A DNA stretch of 64,000 nucleotides from Nitrospirota bacterium. Lineage in GTDB: Bacteria; Nitrospirota; Thermodesulfovibrionia; Thermodesulfovibrionales; Dissulfurispiraceae. Each line of letters begins with the position of its first letter. Within the stretch, counting starts at the first letter, position 1. The notes under the pieces are model-generated. The model saw nothing but the letters and a program-made list of their open reading frames with translations. It did no database searches and had not been told where the DNA came from. The stretch covers positions 1-64,000 of the forward strand of contig JBFLWF010000011.1 of assembly GCA_040758355.1 (NCBI GenBank), written 5' to 3'. Shown here piece by piece: positions 10,328-20,131 of the stretch. Position numbers and translations under genes: made by a program.

Positions 10328-11008
10328 ATGAATGACAGAAGGCTTTTTTTGAAGAACGGTCTTTTGGCAATTGTCGGCATAGCCGCATTGTCAAAGACAC
10401 CGAAGGCAGAGGCAGCAGCCGAGACAAAAAAGTACGGCATGATTATCGACCTGAACCGATGCACGGGATGTCAGTCATGCGTCATTGCCTGCAAGGCACA
10501 GAACAAGACCGTGCAGGACAGGTTTAATACCAGGATACTCACCATTGAGGACGGCATCTACCCGGATGCGAGGATTGTCTTTACACCTATCCTCTGCAAT
10601 CAATGTGAAAATCCGCCATGCGTGCCTGCCTGCCCCCTAAAGGCTACATTCAAGCTTCCTAACGGTATTGTGGTGACTGACTGGGACAAATGCCAGGGCA
10701 TAGGCGCCTGTGTGCCTGCCTGTCCCTATGAAGCAAGGTTTCTTGATCCGAGATACAAGGGAGAGTCCGGAGGCAAGGTGGACAAGTGCGACTTCTGCCT
10801 GAACAGACTGGAAAAAGGGCTGCTGCCGGCATGCGTTGAGGCATGTTCACCAAGGGCGAGGCTCTTTGGTGACCTGAATGCACCCGAAGGCGAGTTCGCA
10901 GAATACCTTACGAGAACAGACTTGAAGAGGAGGAAGGCTGAGATGAAAATAAAGACTTCTGTCCTGTATGTGCCTTCTCGTAAAAGCAAGAAGGGGGGTT
11001 CTCTATGA
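10328..11008 (+). CDS. Tat-exported 4Fe-4S dicluster subunit (TtrB/SrdB-like)
   Basis: DRRLFLK; CTGCQSCVIAC, CNQCENPPCVPAC, CQGIGACVPAC, CDFC..PACVEAC. Confidence 0.88.
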   Translation: MNDRRLFLKNGLLAIVGIAALSKTPKAEAAAETKKYGMIIDLNRCTGCQSCVIACKAQNKTVQDRFNTRILTIEDGIYPDARIVFTPILCNQCENPPCVPACPLKATFKLPNGIVVTDWDKCQGIGACVPACPYEARFLDPRYKGESGGKVDKCDFCLNRLEKGLLPACVEACSPRARLFGDLNAPEGEFAEYLTRTDLKRRKAEMKIKTSVLYVPSRKSKKGGSL

Positions 11009-14000
11009 AAAAGGATATCCTTAATATGATAGAATCCGGCATTTCCGTAACACGCCGCTCATTTATAAAACTGGCTGCGGCTGCAGCAGGAGCCATGGCA
11101 TTCGGGATTGATAAAGCAAAGGCTGCGGTTAAATGGCTCAGTCCGAGAAGGGTTCAGAAGTCGGCAGCAACGCAGCTTGACAAGGATGTAAAGGTAGTTC
11201 ATTCGGTCTGTCTCGGCTGCAATTCAAGATGCGGAGTAAGGGCAGTGGTTGAGAACGGAAAACTTGTAAAACATTCAGGCAATCCCTATCATCCTTACAA
11301 CAGTAGATTTGAACCAGTAGATTACAAAACACCTGTTAAAGAAACTCTGGGCTTATCATCTCCTGTGTGCGGTAAATCCCAGAATATGCCTACTTATGTC
11401 TATAACCCTTATCGTATTTTAAAGCCGTTGAAGCGTGCAGGGGAGAGGGGATCAGGGAAGTTCGAGCCCATTGAATGGGAGCAATTGATTAACGAGGTAG
11501 CTGACGGCGGAAAGCTCTTTGCTCATCTCGGTGAAGACAGGGTTGTTCCGGGCATTAAGGATTTAAACAGGGATGATCTGATAAATCCCGAAGCGCCTGA
11601 ACTCGGCACTGTAAGAAACGGTTTTGTCTTTATCGGAGGAAGGGACCAGAATGCGAGAAAGGAGTTTTCTGACAGGTTTGTAAAAGAGGCCCTCGGCTCG
11701 GTGAACCGTATTGGACATACCGACATATGCGGCATCGGCTTCAGGCAGGGAAACATGGCTTTTACCGAGAGGAAAGATGTGGAGATAAAGGCAGACCCCC
11801 TCGGCGCGGAGTATATTCTTGTTTTCGGTGCAAATATTTATGAGGCCCTTCAGCCCGGTGTAAATACTTACGGCGCTCTTGTTGGAAAGAGGAGTTCGGA
11901 GGGCAAGGTAAAATTCACAATTGTTGACCCCCGTGCCACAAATGCCTCCACACATGCAGAACAATGGATACCCATAAAGCCAGGACAGGACGGCGCATTT
12001 GCCATGGGGATGATAAGATGGATTGTAGAGAATGAACGGTATAACAAGGAATTCCTCACAGCGCCAAACCCAAAGGCTGCGGACAAGAGAGGACACGCAT
12101 GTTATTCAAATGCCACCCATCTTGTAATCACAGACGATAGACATAAAAACAACAGGAAATTTCTGAGGATAAGCGATATCAATCCTGCAGCCTCTAAAGA
12201 AGAGGGTGTGGCATTTGTTGTCCTCACAAATAACGGCATGCCTGTTGCCTTTGACAAGGCTGATGATGCTGCTCTTGATGCTGAAACCGTTGTTAAGGAT
12301 TCAGCAGGCAAGGAAATAAAGGCAAAGACATCCTTCCGCCTTATGAAAGAGGGCGTCATGGAACATGCCATTGATGAGTATGCAAAACTGGCTGGAGTTG
12401 GAAGGTCCGATATCGAAAAGGTAGCCAATGAATTCACTTCCCATGGGACAAAGGCAGCAGTTACCCAGTATCATGGGGCAGGAAACTATATCAGCGGAAC
12501 CTATTCCTCTTATCCGGTTGCTATGCTCAATGCAATGATTGGAAGTGTTGACCGCAAGGGAGGATACATGAAAGGCGGAGGCGGTGCAGCCTCATGGAAT
12601 ACCGGCATGTATGACCTGAAGGATTTTGCAGGTAAGAGAAAGCTGCAGGGGCCGATTATCTCAAGAGAGAAGTTCGCCTATGAAAAGACGACCGAATACA
12701 AAAAGAAAGGCTATCCTTCCAAAAGGCCGTGGTTCCCATTCTCGCTGGGCGGGCTTTGTGTTGAGGCGATGAGCGGCATTGACCAGCAGTATCCTTATCC
12801 ATGTAAGATTCTATTCACATACTTCTTTAACCCGATTTATTCGATCCCGGGCGGCTACCGTTACATAGAGACATTGAAAAACAGCGATAAAGTGCCTCTT
12901 CATGTATCCATTGATATAGGGATAAACGAATCGAATCTCTATGCTGACTACATTGTGCCCGATATTACTTATGCAGAGGGACATTACGGATTCCTCACCC
13001 CTCATGCCCCGGCACTCAAGTTCTCAGGTGTCCGCACCCCGACCATTGAGCCCCTGACCGGCAAAACATCTGATGGAAGACCGTTCTCTGAGGAGACATT
13101 CCTTATTGACCTCGCAAAAGCGGCAGGACTGCCCGGTTTTGGGGAAAATGCAATCAAAGGCAAGGACGGAAAGATGTATCCGCTCAACAAGGCTGAAGAC
13201 TTTTATTTTAGAGCTATCGCTAATGTCGCAACAGGCGCAAAGGTTCTTCAGGCATCTCAGGATGAAATAGACTTTGTAGAAAGGAACTACCCTGTTGCAA
13301 AACACAAGGAAATGGTTCCTGAAAGCGAATGGAAACAGGTCTGCTATGTGCTTGCGAGGGGAGGTGTATTTGACAAGAGATACGAGGATGTCTTTGACGG
13401 TGAAAAACACAAATTCGGTCTCAATAGAGTTGTTCTTTACAACGAAGAACTCGGGACAACGAGAAATTCCATTACAGGTGAGTTCTTCTCAGGCACACTG
13501 AAATACATACCACTGATGACTCCCAAAGGGCGAGTTATCGAGGATGTGGATAAGGACTATCCGTTTACAGTCATAACCTACAAGATGAATCTCCATGCAC
13601 AAGCAAGGACAGTATGGCACGACTGGTCAATGGAGGTATTCCCTGAGAACTTTGTTGTGGTGAATGAAAGGGATGCAAAGGCTCTGAAACTAAAGACAGG
13701 TGATAAAGTGCGCCTTGTTTCAAAGAGCAATACAAGGGGTATTGCGGGAAGGGCTAAGGTCAGCAAGCTGGTAAGGGAAGGGTGCATACAGGTTTCCCAC
13801 CACTATGGACATACACAGATGGGGGCCTCCCCATTGCCGATTAAAAAGGCTGAAGAGGTCTTTTTGGGAGGAAAGAAGGTTGCTGGCAAGAAAGGTCTTA
13901 TCCCGAATCCGAGATACGGAACAGGTCTTAACACAAATAACATAACGCGCCTTGATGAGGATTTTGCCAATACGCCGATGGTGGATGTTGTTGGAGGCAT

Positions 14001-14043
14001 TCCGGACTTCAGCAGCACGAGGGTAAAGGTTATAAAGCTATAG
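11005..14043 (+). CDS. Mo-bisPGD oxidoreductase catalytic subunit, tetrathionate/selenate reductase (TtrA/SrdA) clade
   Basis: Tat TRRSFIK; SVCLGCNSRCG..GNPYHP..VCGK; GHTDICG ligand region; C-terminal molybdopterin dinucleotide domain (HHYGH). Confidence 0.8.
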   Translation: MKKDILNMIESGISVTRRSFIKLAAAAAGAMAFGIDKAKAAVKWLSPRRVQKSAATQLDKDVKVVHSVCLGCNSRCGVRAVVENGKLVKHSGNPYHPYNSRFEPVDYKTPVKETLGLSSPVCGKSQNMPTYVYNPYRILKPLKRAGERGSGKFEPIEWEQLINEVADGGKLFAHLGEDRVVPGIKDLNRDDLINPEAPELGTVRNGFVFIGGRDQNARKEFSDRFVKEALGSVNRIGHTDICGIGFRQGNMAFTERKDVEIKADPLGAEYILVFGANIYEALQPGVNTYGALVGKRSSEGKVKFTIVDPRATNASTHAEQWIPIKPGQDGAFAMGMIRWIVENERYNKEFLTAPNPKAADKRGHACYSNATHLVITDDRHKNNRKFLRISDINPAASKEEGVAFVVLTNNGMPVAFDKADDAALDAETVVKDSAGKEIKAKTSFRLMKEGVMEHAIDEYAKLAGVGRSDIEKVANEFTSHGTKAAVTQYHGAGNYISGTYSSYPVAMLNAMIGSVDRKGGYMKGGGGAASWNTGMYDLKDFAGKRKLQGPIISREKFAYEKTTEYKKKGYPSKRPWFPFSLGGLCVEAMSGIDQQYPYPCKILFTYFFNPIYSIPGGYRYIETLKNSDKVPLHVSIDIGINESNLYADYIVPDITYAEGHYGFLTPHAPALKFSGVRTPTIEPLTGKTSDGRPFSEETFLIDLAKAAGLPGFGENAIKGKDGKMYPLNKAEDFYFRAIANVATGAKVLQASQDEIDFVERNYPVAKHKEMVPESEWKQVCYVLARGGVFDKRYEDVFDGEKHKFGLNRVVLYNEELGTTRNSITGEFFSGTLKYIPLMTPKGRVIEDVDKDYPFTVITYKMNLHAQARTVWHDWSMEVFPENFVVVNERDAKALKLKTGDKVRLVSKSNTRGIAGRAKVSKLVREGCIQVSHHYGHTQMGASPLPIKKAEEVFLGGKKVAGKKGLIPNPRYGTGLNTNNITRLDEDFANTPMVDVVGGIPDFSSTRVKVIKL

Positions 14044-14054
14044 CTTTTAAGGCA

Positions 14055-14097
14055 TGCTGGGGAGTGTACTGCTGTTTCCGTGCATGGCTCCCCAGCA
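14055..14097 (+). terminator. Hairpin after the ttrA-like gene
   Basis: TGCTGGGGAG...CTCCCCAGCA followed by ACTCCTTT. Confidence 0.55.
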
Positions 14098-14127
14098 ACT
14101 CCTTTGCCTTGTCAAAATATTTCAATA

Positions 14128-14143
14128 TATGATTTAACTCATA
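14128..14143 (+). promoter_or_regulatory. Crp/Fnr-family-like site at class II spacing
   Basis: TATGA-TTTAAC-TCATA, centred ~42 nt before the ATG at 14178; TGtTATAAA extended -10 at 14163-14171. Confidence 0.6.
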
Positions 14144-14177
14144 CACTCGCTCATTCCTGCCATGTTATAAATAAAGC

Positions 14178-15104
14178 ATGGAAGGAACAAAAACATTACA
14201 CATTGCGCGAAGAATAACACAGGCAGGATTTCTGCTCCTCATCTTTCTCATGCCTGTCTTCGACATACTGAGATACGACACAGCTACTAAAGAACTCTTT
14301 ATTTTCGGACAGGTATGGTCACTGGGATTAAAATCAGGATTCTATAATGACCCGTCAATGTATGGGGCAGCACATGTTGCAGTGCATTTCTTCTTAAAGG
14401 CAATACTGCCCTGGGTTATAGTCCTTTCCATATTCCCTCTGCTCGGGGTTTTGCTCGGAAGGTTTTTCTGCGGATGGTTATGCCCTGAAGGCGCATTATT
14501 TGAGCTTGCTGACTTTCTTACCCTCAAGACCCTCAGCCGCAGAAGCCTCTATAAGAAAAAGCCCAACGACCCCGAAATTAAAAAAGGCAATAAATTTTTC
14601 TATGGCGCATTGGCAGGATTATTTCTATTGATAGTTCCCCCGCTCACAGGCATAGCATTGACAGGTTATTTCATTGCTCCGAAAACAATATGGAGTCAGA
14701 TAACAACAGGTAATTTTACATTTGGGGTGAAGGCAGGAATCATCGGGGTGTCGATATACATGTTTGTAACATCTATCCTCGTGAGACATACCTTTTGCAA
14801 ATATGTGTGCGCAGCAGGCCTTATGCAGATGCTCTTTGGATGGATAAGCCCAATATCATTAAGGATAAAGTTCGATAGGGAAAACCTCTCAAGATGCACT
14901 GATTGCAAGGGATGCGAGAAAGTATGCTTTATGGATGTCAAGCCGAGATATCCGAAAAAAGATATAAATTGCGTAAACTGCGGAGAGTGCATTACGGCAT
15001 GCAGAAAAGAGCTTGGAGACAACTGTCTCTTCAGCTACCAATCCGGAAAGGACAGAACAGCAGAAAACGCAGATGGAATATTGGTTAAGCCTGCGGTTGA
15101 ATAA
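14178..15104 (+). CDS. NapH/CcoG-type membrane polyferredoxin
   Basis: GRFFCGWLCPEG, FCKYVC, CTDCKGCEKVC, CVNCGECITAC; several TM. Confidence 0.85.
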   Translation: MEGTKTLHIARRITQAGFLLLIFLMPVFDILRYDTATKELFIFGQVWSLGLKSGFYNDPSMYGAAHVAVHFFLKAILPWVIVLSIFPLLGVLLGRFFCGWLCPEGALFELADFLTLKTLSRRSLYKKKPNDPEIKKGNKFFYGALAGLFLLIVPPLTGIALTGYFIAPKTIWSQITTGNFTFGVKAGIIGVSIYMFVTSILVRHTFCKYVCAAGLMQMLFGWISPISLRIKFDRENLSRCTDCKGCEKVCFMDVKPRYPKKDINCVNCGECITACRKELGDNCLFSYQSGKDRTAENADGILVKPAVE

Positions 15105-16088
15105 TTAAACGACCAATACCAGTATCTTGCAAACAGCCCATGCAAGAAAGACGCATACAGGAAGGGTGAATATCCATGCCAGAACAATCTTTCCTGCAAC
15201 TCCCCACCTCACAGCAGACAATCTCTTGGTGGCACCAACTCCCATTATTGTAGTGGCTATGACATGCGTTGTGCTGACAGGAAGGCCGAATTGACTTGCA
15301 CCCAGGATAATAGCTGTCGCTGATGTCTCTGCGGCAAAGCCATGAACAGGTTCAAGCTTAAGCATGTGAACGCCCATCGTTTTTATCACCTTCCAACCTC
15401 CCAGCGCTGTTCCAAGACCCATTGCGAGGGCGCATAAAAGTACTACCCAGAATGGAACCTCCACCGTGTGTAGAATACCTCCGCTCACGAGTGAAAGGGT
15501 AATTATTCCCATTACCTTCTGTGCATCATTGGAGCCGTGACTGAATGCCATAAAGCTTGATGAAAGCAACTGGAGTTTTCCGAAGTGCCTGTTTACCGTC
15601 CCGGACGGATGTCTTCCAAAGAGTTTTGTTATAAGCTTCATGAGAAAAAAACCAACTATAATTCCAAGCACCGGCGAGATTAGGAGGGATGAGAATATTG
15701 TAACAAGGCCAGAAATATTAAGAATCTTTATTCCGCCGTACGACACGGACGCGCCTATTAGACCGCCTATGAGGGCATGTGATGCACTAACAGGCAGTCC
15801 CAATCTGGTCATTGCAGTGTTCCACGTAAATCCAGCAAATAACGCTGCAGCAACCACAACCTCTGTAACAGCCTTGGGATCCACAATACCCTTGCCGATG
15901 GTCTTTGCCACTGCAGTTGTGAGAAATGCACCAAGCACATTCATCCCTGCGGCAAGAAGGACTGCCTTGGTTGGCGTCAGAACCCTTGTAGATACAACAG
16001 TTGCAATCGCGTTAGCAGAATCATTCCAGCCATTGCTTATATCAAAGAGTATGGCAAGAATAATGATAAGGATTATTATTTCAGGCAT
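15105..16088 (-). CDS. pit: Inorganic phosphate transporter (PiT family)
   Basis: NGWNDSANAIAT, GLPVSASHA, HGSNDAQK, GLPVSTTH. Confidence 0.93.
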   Translation of the reverse strand: MPEIIILIIILAILFDISNGWNDSANAIATVVSTRVLTPTKAVLLAAGMNVLGAFLTTAVAKTIGKGIVDPKAVTEVVVAAALFAGFTWNTAMTRLGLPVSASHALIGGLIGASVSYGGIKILNISGLVTIFSSLLISPVLGIIVGFFLMKLITKLFGRHPSGTVNRHFGKLQLLSSSFMAFSHGSNDAQKVMGIITLSLVSGGILHTVEVPFWVVLLCALAMGLGTALGGWKVIKTMGVHMLKLEPVHGFAAETSATAIILGASQFGLPVSTTHVIATTIMGVGATKRLSAVRWGVAGKIVLAWIFTLPVCVFLAWAVCKILVLVV

Positions 16089-16698
16089 ATTTAAGGACTA
16101 TTGCCTCAAGAATATTCGAGACATCCTCACACCTGTCGGACGCATCCTCGAGATGCTCATATACCTCTTTCCATTTTATTATGAGGATAGGGTCTTTTAT
16201 TTCATCAAATAATTTTCCAAGCGCATCTCTGAAATCCCTGTCTATGCTGTTCTCAAGCCTGTTTATCTCGATGCAGTATTCCTGGACGTGGGAGTAATTC
16301 TTTTCTTTGAGCTTTCTTATTGCCTTGTGCATGACTTCTGTTGTCATGAGCAGGTCTTTCGACATCGAGACAGCCTCTTTTGTTGATTCCTTGATCTTGA
16401 AGACCACAAGCCTGTCCACAGCGCCCCATATAAGGTCAAGCACATCATCAAGCCTCGATGCAAGGGCATGCAGGTCTTCCCTGTCGATTGGGGTAATAAA
16501 GGTCTTATTGAGCTTTTTCATTATATCGTGGGTAAGAATATCCCCTTCCTGTTCTACCTCGTATATCTCCTTTGCCCTCCCCTCTATATTGTCAAAGTTC
16601 TCCATAAGTGCAACGAGGAGGGAAGCGGCCTTTGTGAGGTTCAGAGATGCCCTGTCAAATATTTCAAAAAAATCTATCTCTTTCGGAAAAAGTTTCAT
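16081..16698 (-). CDS. DUF47 phosphate transport regulator
   Basis: TFITPIDREDL, IIKWKEVYEHLE..DRCED; directly upstream of pit. Confidence 0.9.
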   Translation of the reverse strand: MKLFPKEIDFFEIFDRASLNLTKAASLLVALMENFDNIEGRAKEIYEVEQEGDILTHDIMKKLNKTFITPIDREDLHALASRLDDVLDLIWGAVDRLVVFKIKESTKEAVSMSKDLLMTTEVMHKAIRKLKEKNYSHVQEYCIEINRLENSIDRDFRDALGKLFDEIKDPILIIKWKEVYEHLEDASDRCEDVSNILEAIVLKYA

Positions 16699-16763
16699 GA
16701 TTTTACCCAGCAATAGGATATAGAAAGTTAAAGCATGATGTCAAATGAAATGCTTTTATGGGT

Positions 16764-18020
16764 TTATAGATATGTGTCTATTATGATGTTTACCTTTGTG
16801 CCGCGCCATGGTTCGCTCTCTATCCTCATATTCCAATCATGTGCGCTGACCAGATGCTTGACAATTGCAAGCCCCAAACCTGTTCCGCCCAGTTCCCTCG
16901 ACCTTGCCCTGTCAACACGATAAAACCTCTCGCCAAGCCTGTGCAGATGGTTCGGCGATACGCCGATGCCTGTGTCATGGACATAAAGGGTAATCCTGCC
17001 CCCTGTCTCATCTATGCCCACAGTCACGCCGCCCTTTTCCGTAAATTTTATGCCGTTGTCAACAAGGTTGAGTATTACCTGGATAAGCTTGTCCTTATCA
17101 GCATAGATCGTCTGTGTGCCATCGGATATAGCCTTTTTCAAATAAAGCCCCTTCCTGTCAGCCTTCTCTTTCAGGGTCATGAAAACAGTATCAATCACAT
17201 TTTCTACACTGACCTCGGTTTTTTTTATGGGTATATCTCCAAGCTCTATCCTCGACAATGTCAAAAGGTCGTCCACAAGGCTGTTCAGCCTTTCACTGTG
17301 ACTTTTTATCATGCCTAAAAACCGCACTGCATTTTCCTTATCATCCATTGCGCCATCGAGAAGTGTTTCCGCAAAACCTTTTATTGCAGTTATGGGCGTC
17401 TTTATCTCATGGGATACATTTGCCACAAAATCCTTTCTCATCTCCTCAAGCTGCTTCAGCCTCGTAATATCATGCAGTGTAAGAACCGTTCCTGTTACCA
17501 AGTCCCCCGAATATACAGGTACTGCCGTGGCAATCAGATGCATATCCTTGTGAGGTCTCGATATGCTTATCTCCTCTGATGTAATACGCCCCGATTCCAG
17601 CGCATTCCTGAAAATATCTATAAGTTGGGCATTTCTCAGAACCTCCATTATCTGTTTGCCTTCTATATCATCATTCACAGAAATGAGGCTTCTGAACGGC
17701 TGGTTGGCAAGGATCACCATTCCTCGAACATCTGTAATCAACACGCCGTCAGACATCCCGCGCAATATGGCCTCCATTCGCTGCATTTCTGTCTCTGCAA
17801 AATCAAGCCTTGTCTTTGTCTTTTCCATTAAAGAGGCAATATCCATTACGATGCCGTCAAGTTCTCCTTTTCCTTTAGGGAAAAGCCTTGCATTGAGATT
17901 GCCGGATGACAGCTCCTTAAGAAATCCGCTTATTTCTTTTATGGATTTCGAAATGCGACTCAGGCGAAAAACAAGAAAAATTACTGCAATGGAGAGTATT
18001 ATGATTAATAAATAGGCCAT
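16764..18020 (-). CDS. phoR: Phosphate regulon sensor kinase
   Basis: HAMP-PAS, RKDFVANVSHEIKTP, ERFYRVDRARSRELGGTGLGLAIVKH. Confidence 0.88.
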   Translation of the reverse strand: MAYLLIIILSIAVIFLVFRLSRISKSIKEISGFLKELSSGNLNARLFPKGKGELDGIVMDIASLMEKTKTRLDFAETEMQRMEAILRGMSDGVLITDVRGMVILANQPFRSLISVNDDIEGKQIMEVLRNAQLIDIFRNALESGRITSEEISISRPHKDMHLIATAVPVYSGDLVTGTVLTLHDITRLKQLEEMRKDFVANVSHEIKTPITAIKGFAETLLDGAMDDKENAVRFLGMIKSHSERLNSLVDDLLTLSRIELGDIPIKKTEVSVENVIDTVFMTLKEKADRKGLYLKKAISDGTQTIYADKDKLIQVILNLVDNGIKFTEKGGVTVGIDETGGRITLYVHDTGIGVSPNHLHRLGERFYRVDRARSRELGGTGLGLAIVKHLVSAHDWNMRIESEPWRGTKVNIIIDTYL

Positions 18021-18043
18021 AGGCGATAGGCTATAGGCAATAG
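18012..18043. repeat. Heptamer tandem repeat
   Basis: ATAGGCC ATAGGCG ATAGGCT ATAGGCA ATAG. Confidence 0.8.
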
Positions 18044-18085
18044 TTTAAGAAGTTGCTTACCGTTGTTTTTACCATAACCTCTTGC

Positions 18086-18805
18086 CTATTGCCCATCGCC
18101 TGATTCTATAAAATATCCGACCCCGCGCATTGTCTTTATATACAACGGTTTGTTGGGGTCTTCCTCTATCTTGGTCCGGAGCCTTCTTATATGCACATCC
18201 ACTGTCCTCGGCTCCACATAGACATCATCCCCCCAAACCGTATCCAGAAGATGATCCCTGCTGTAAATCTTATTAGGCCTTTCTGCAAGATACAGAAGCA
18301 GTTTAAACTCTGTGGCGCTCAGCTTTATCTGACGATCATCTATAGTGACTATGTATTTTTCCCTGTCTATAATCATGTCCTTTATCTTCAATACCTTTCC
18401 TGCTGTTATCGGCAATTCATGAACCGCTGTCTTTTCTGCCCTCCTGAGAATTGCCTTTGTCCTTGCCACCAGTTCCCTCGTACTAAAGGGTTTTGTGATG
18501 TAATCATCCGCCCCCATTTCGAGGCCGAGCACCTTGTCGAATTCTTCGCCCTTTGCAGTTAGCATTATTATGGGCAAATGGGATGTGTCGGGAATGCCCC
18601 TGATAATCTTGCAAAGCTCAAGCCCCTGAATTCCCGGGAGCATGAGGTCCAATATAATGAGATTGTACTTATTGTTTTTTATTTTTTTCAGGGCAGCTTC
18701 TCCGTCATAGGCATAATCGACAGAAAAGCCCTCTTTTTTGAGGTTGTACGAGATTAATTCAACAATATCCGCTTCATCATCTATGACAAGGATATTTCTC
18801 ATCAA
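18086..18805 (-). CDS. phoB: Phosphate regulon response regulator (OmpR family)
   Basis: Receiver plus winged helix, YVEPRTVDVHIRRLR; adjacent to phoR/pit. Confidence 0.88.
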   Translation of the reverse strand: MMRNILVIDDEADIVELISYNLKKEGFSVDYAYDGEAALKKIKNNKYNLIILDLMLPGIQGLELCKIIRGIPDTSHLPIIMLTAKGEEFDKVLGLEMGADDYITKPFSTRELVARTKAILRRAEKTAVHELPITAGKVLKIKDMIIDREKYIVTIDDRQIKLSATEFKLLLYLAERPNKIYSRDHLLDTVWGDDVYVEPRTVDVHIRRLRTKIEEDPNKPLYIKTMRGVGYFIESGDGQ

Positions 18806-19875
18806 CCAAGCGCCTTCCTTATATTTTCAATATCTATGCCCTTCTGAATTTTTACCTTCCCGATCTTCTCAGGCAGGATAAATTTCATTTCCCCTGCCTC
18901 TACCTTTTTGTCCAGCTTCATATGCGAAATAAGTTTATCGGCATTTAAGTCCGCAGGCAATTCAGAAGGCAAACCGTATGAATCTATAACAGCCTTTATC
19001 TTCAGGGCATCTTTTCTACCCAGAAAACCCATTATCTCGGAAAGCCATGCCTCGAGGTTCATGCCTATGGCAATCGCCTCGCCGTGAAGAAATCTTGAGT
19101 ATCCAGTTTCTGTTTCTATGGCATGACCAATGGTGTGCCCATAATTAAGGATTGCCCTCAATCCCGCCTCCCTCTCGTCCCTCGAAACCACTTCTGCCTT
19201 TATCTCGCATGAACGCATGATAATATGGGTCAGGGGTAAAGGGTCAAGGGTCAAGATAGATTCTCTGTGCTTTTCAAGGAATTCAAAAAGCTCCTCATCC
19301 CATATCACGCCGTATTTTATTATCTCTGCAATGCCGCACAAAATTTCTCTTTTCGGCAGAGTTTTAAGCGTATCGATATCTATCCATACAAGCCTCGGTT
19401 GGTAAAAAGTTCCTATCATATTTTTGCCGAGTTCATGGTTTACGCCTGTCTTTCCGCCCACAGAACTGTCGACCTGAGAAAGAAGTGTTGTCGGAACCTG
19501 AATGAAATCGATCCCTCGCATGTATATAGATGCAACAAAACCTGTTATATCTCCTATCACACCGCCTCCGAGGGCGATAAGGCATGATTTTCTGTCGAGT
19601 TTATTTTTTAAAAGCTCGGTCAGTATCTGGTATGTCTGGTTAAAATTCTTATACTCCTCGCCATCGGGAATAATGACATGGAGAGTCTCAAATCCAGCGT
19701 TTTTTATTGAATTTATAACTACATCTCCGTAAAGATTAAAAACCGTGGGGTTGCTTATAACAGCCACTTTGCTGAAACCGAATCCTTTAATCCTCTCTCC
19801 GATACTTGAAAGGATTCCGCTGTCAATTACAATGTCATAGCTTCTTTCGCCGAGATCAACCCTTACTGTCTGCAT
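18802..19875 (-). CDS. aroB: 3-dehydroquinate synthase
   Basis: ALGGGVIGD, PTTLLSQVDSSVGGKTG, LNYGHTIGHA, LHGEA. Confidence 0.96.
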   Translation of the reverse strand: MQTVRVDLGERSYDIVIDSGILSSIGERIKGFGFSKVAVISNPTVFNLYGDVVINSIKNAGFETLHVIIPDGEEYKNFNQTYQILTELLKNKLDRKSCLIALGGGVIGDITGFVASIYMRGIDFIQVPTTLLSQVDSSVGGKTGVNHELGKNMIGTFYQPRLVWIDIDTLKTLPKREILCGIAEIIKYGVIWDEELFEFLEKHRESILTLDPLPLTHIIMRSCEIKAEVVSRDEREAGLRAILNYGHTIGHAIETETGYSRFLHGEAIAIGMNLEAWLSEIMGFLGRKDALKIKAVIDSYGLPSELPADLNADKLISHMKLDKKVEAGEMKFILPEKIGKVKIQKGIDIENIRKALG

Positions 19876-20131
19876 AATATCTCCAATGTATAAGTATATT
19901 ACCACATGCTGTTTTTAAAAATTGCACCGAAAATTCCATTACTTGCCTATGCTCCATGCCCGATTACTCTATATTAAACCAGCCTGTCAATCCAATATCG
20001 TATCTCTCTTGGTTATAGGTTCCATAATATATCTACCTTACTGTATTTTAGCAGATTACCGTTCTCCTCTGTCCCTCATCATGCAGCACTTGAAATATGG
20101 ATAAATGTCCCACTTATCACATGCAACGATA

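Noticed and set aside
16715..16765. Pho box upstream of DUF47-pit
   Set aside because: No convincing 11-bp-period direct repeats by eye.
19906..20131. Gene remnant or att site at the insert boundary
   Set aside because: No sustained ORF, and no direct repeat matching the aroK side was found by eye.
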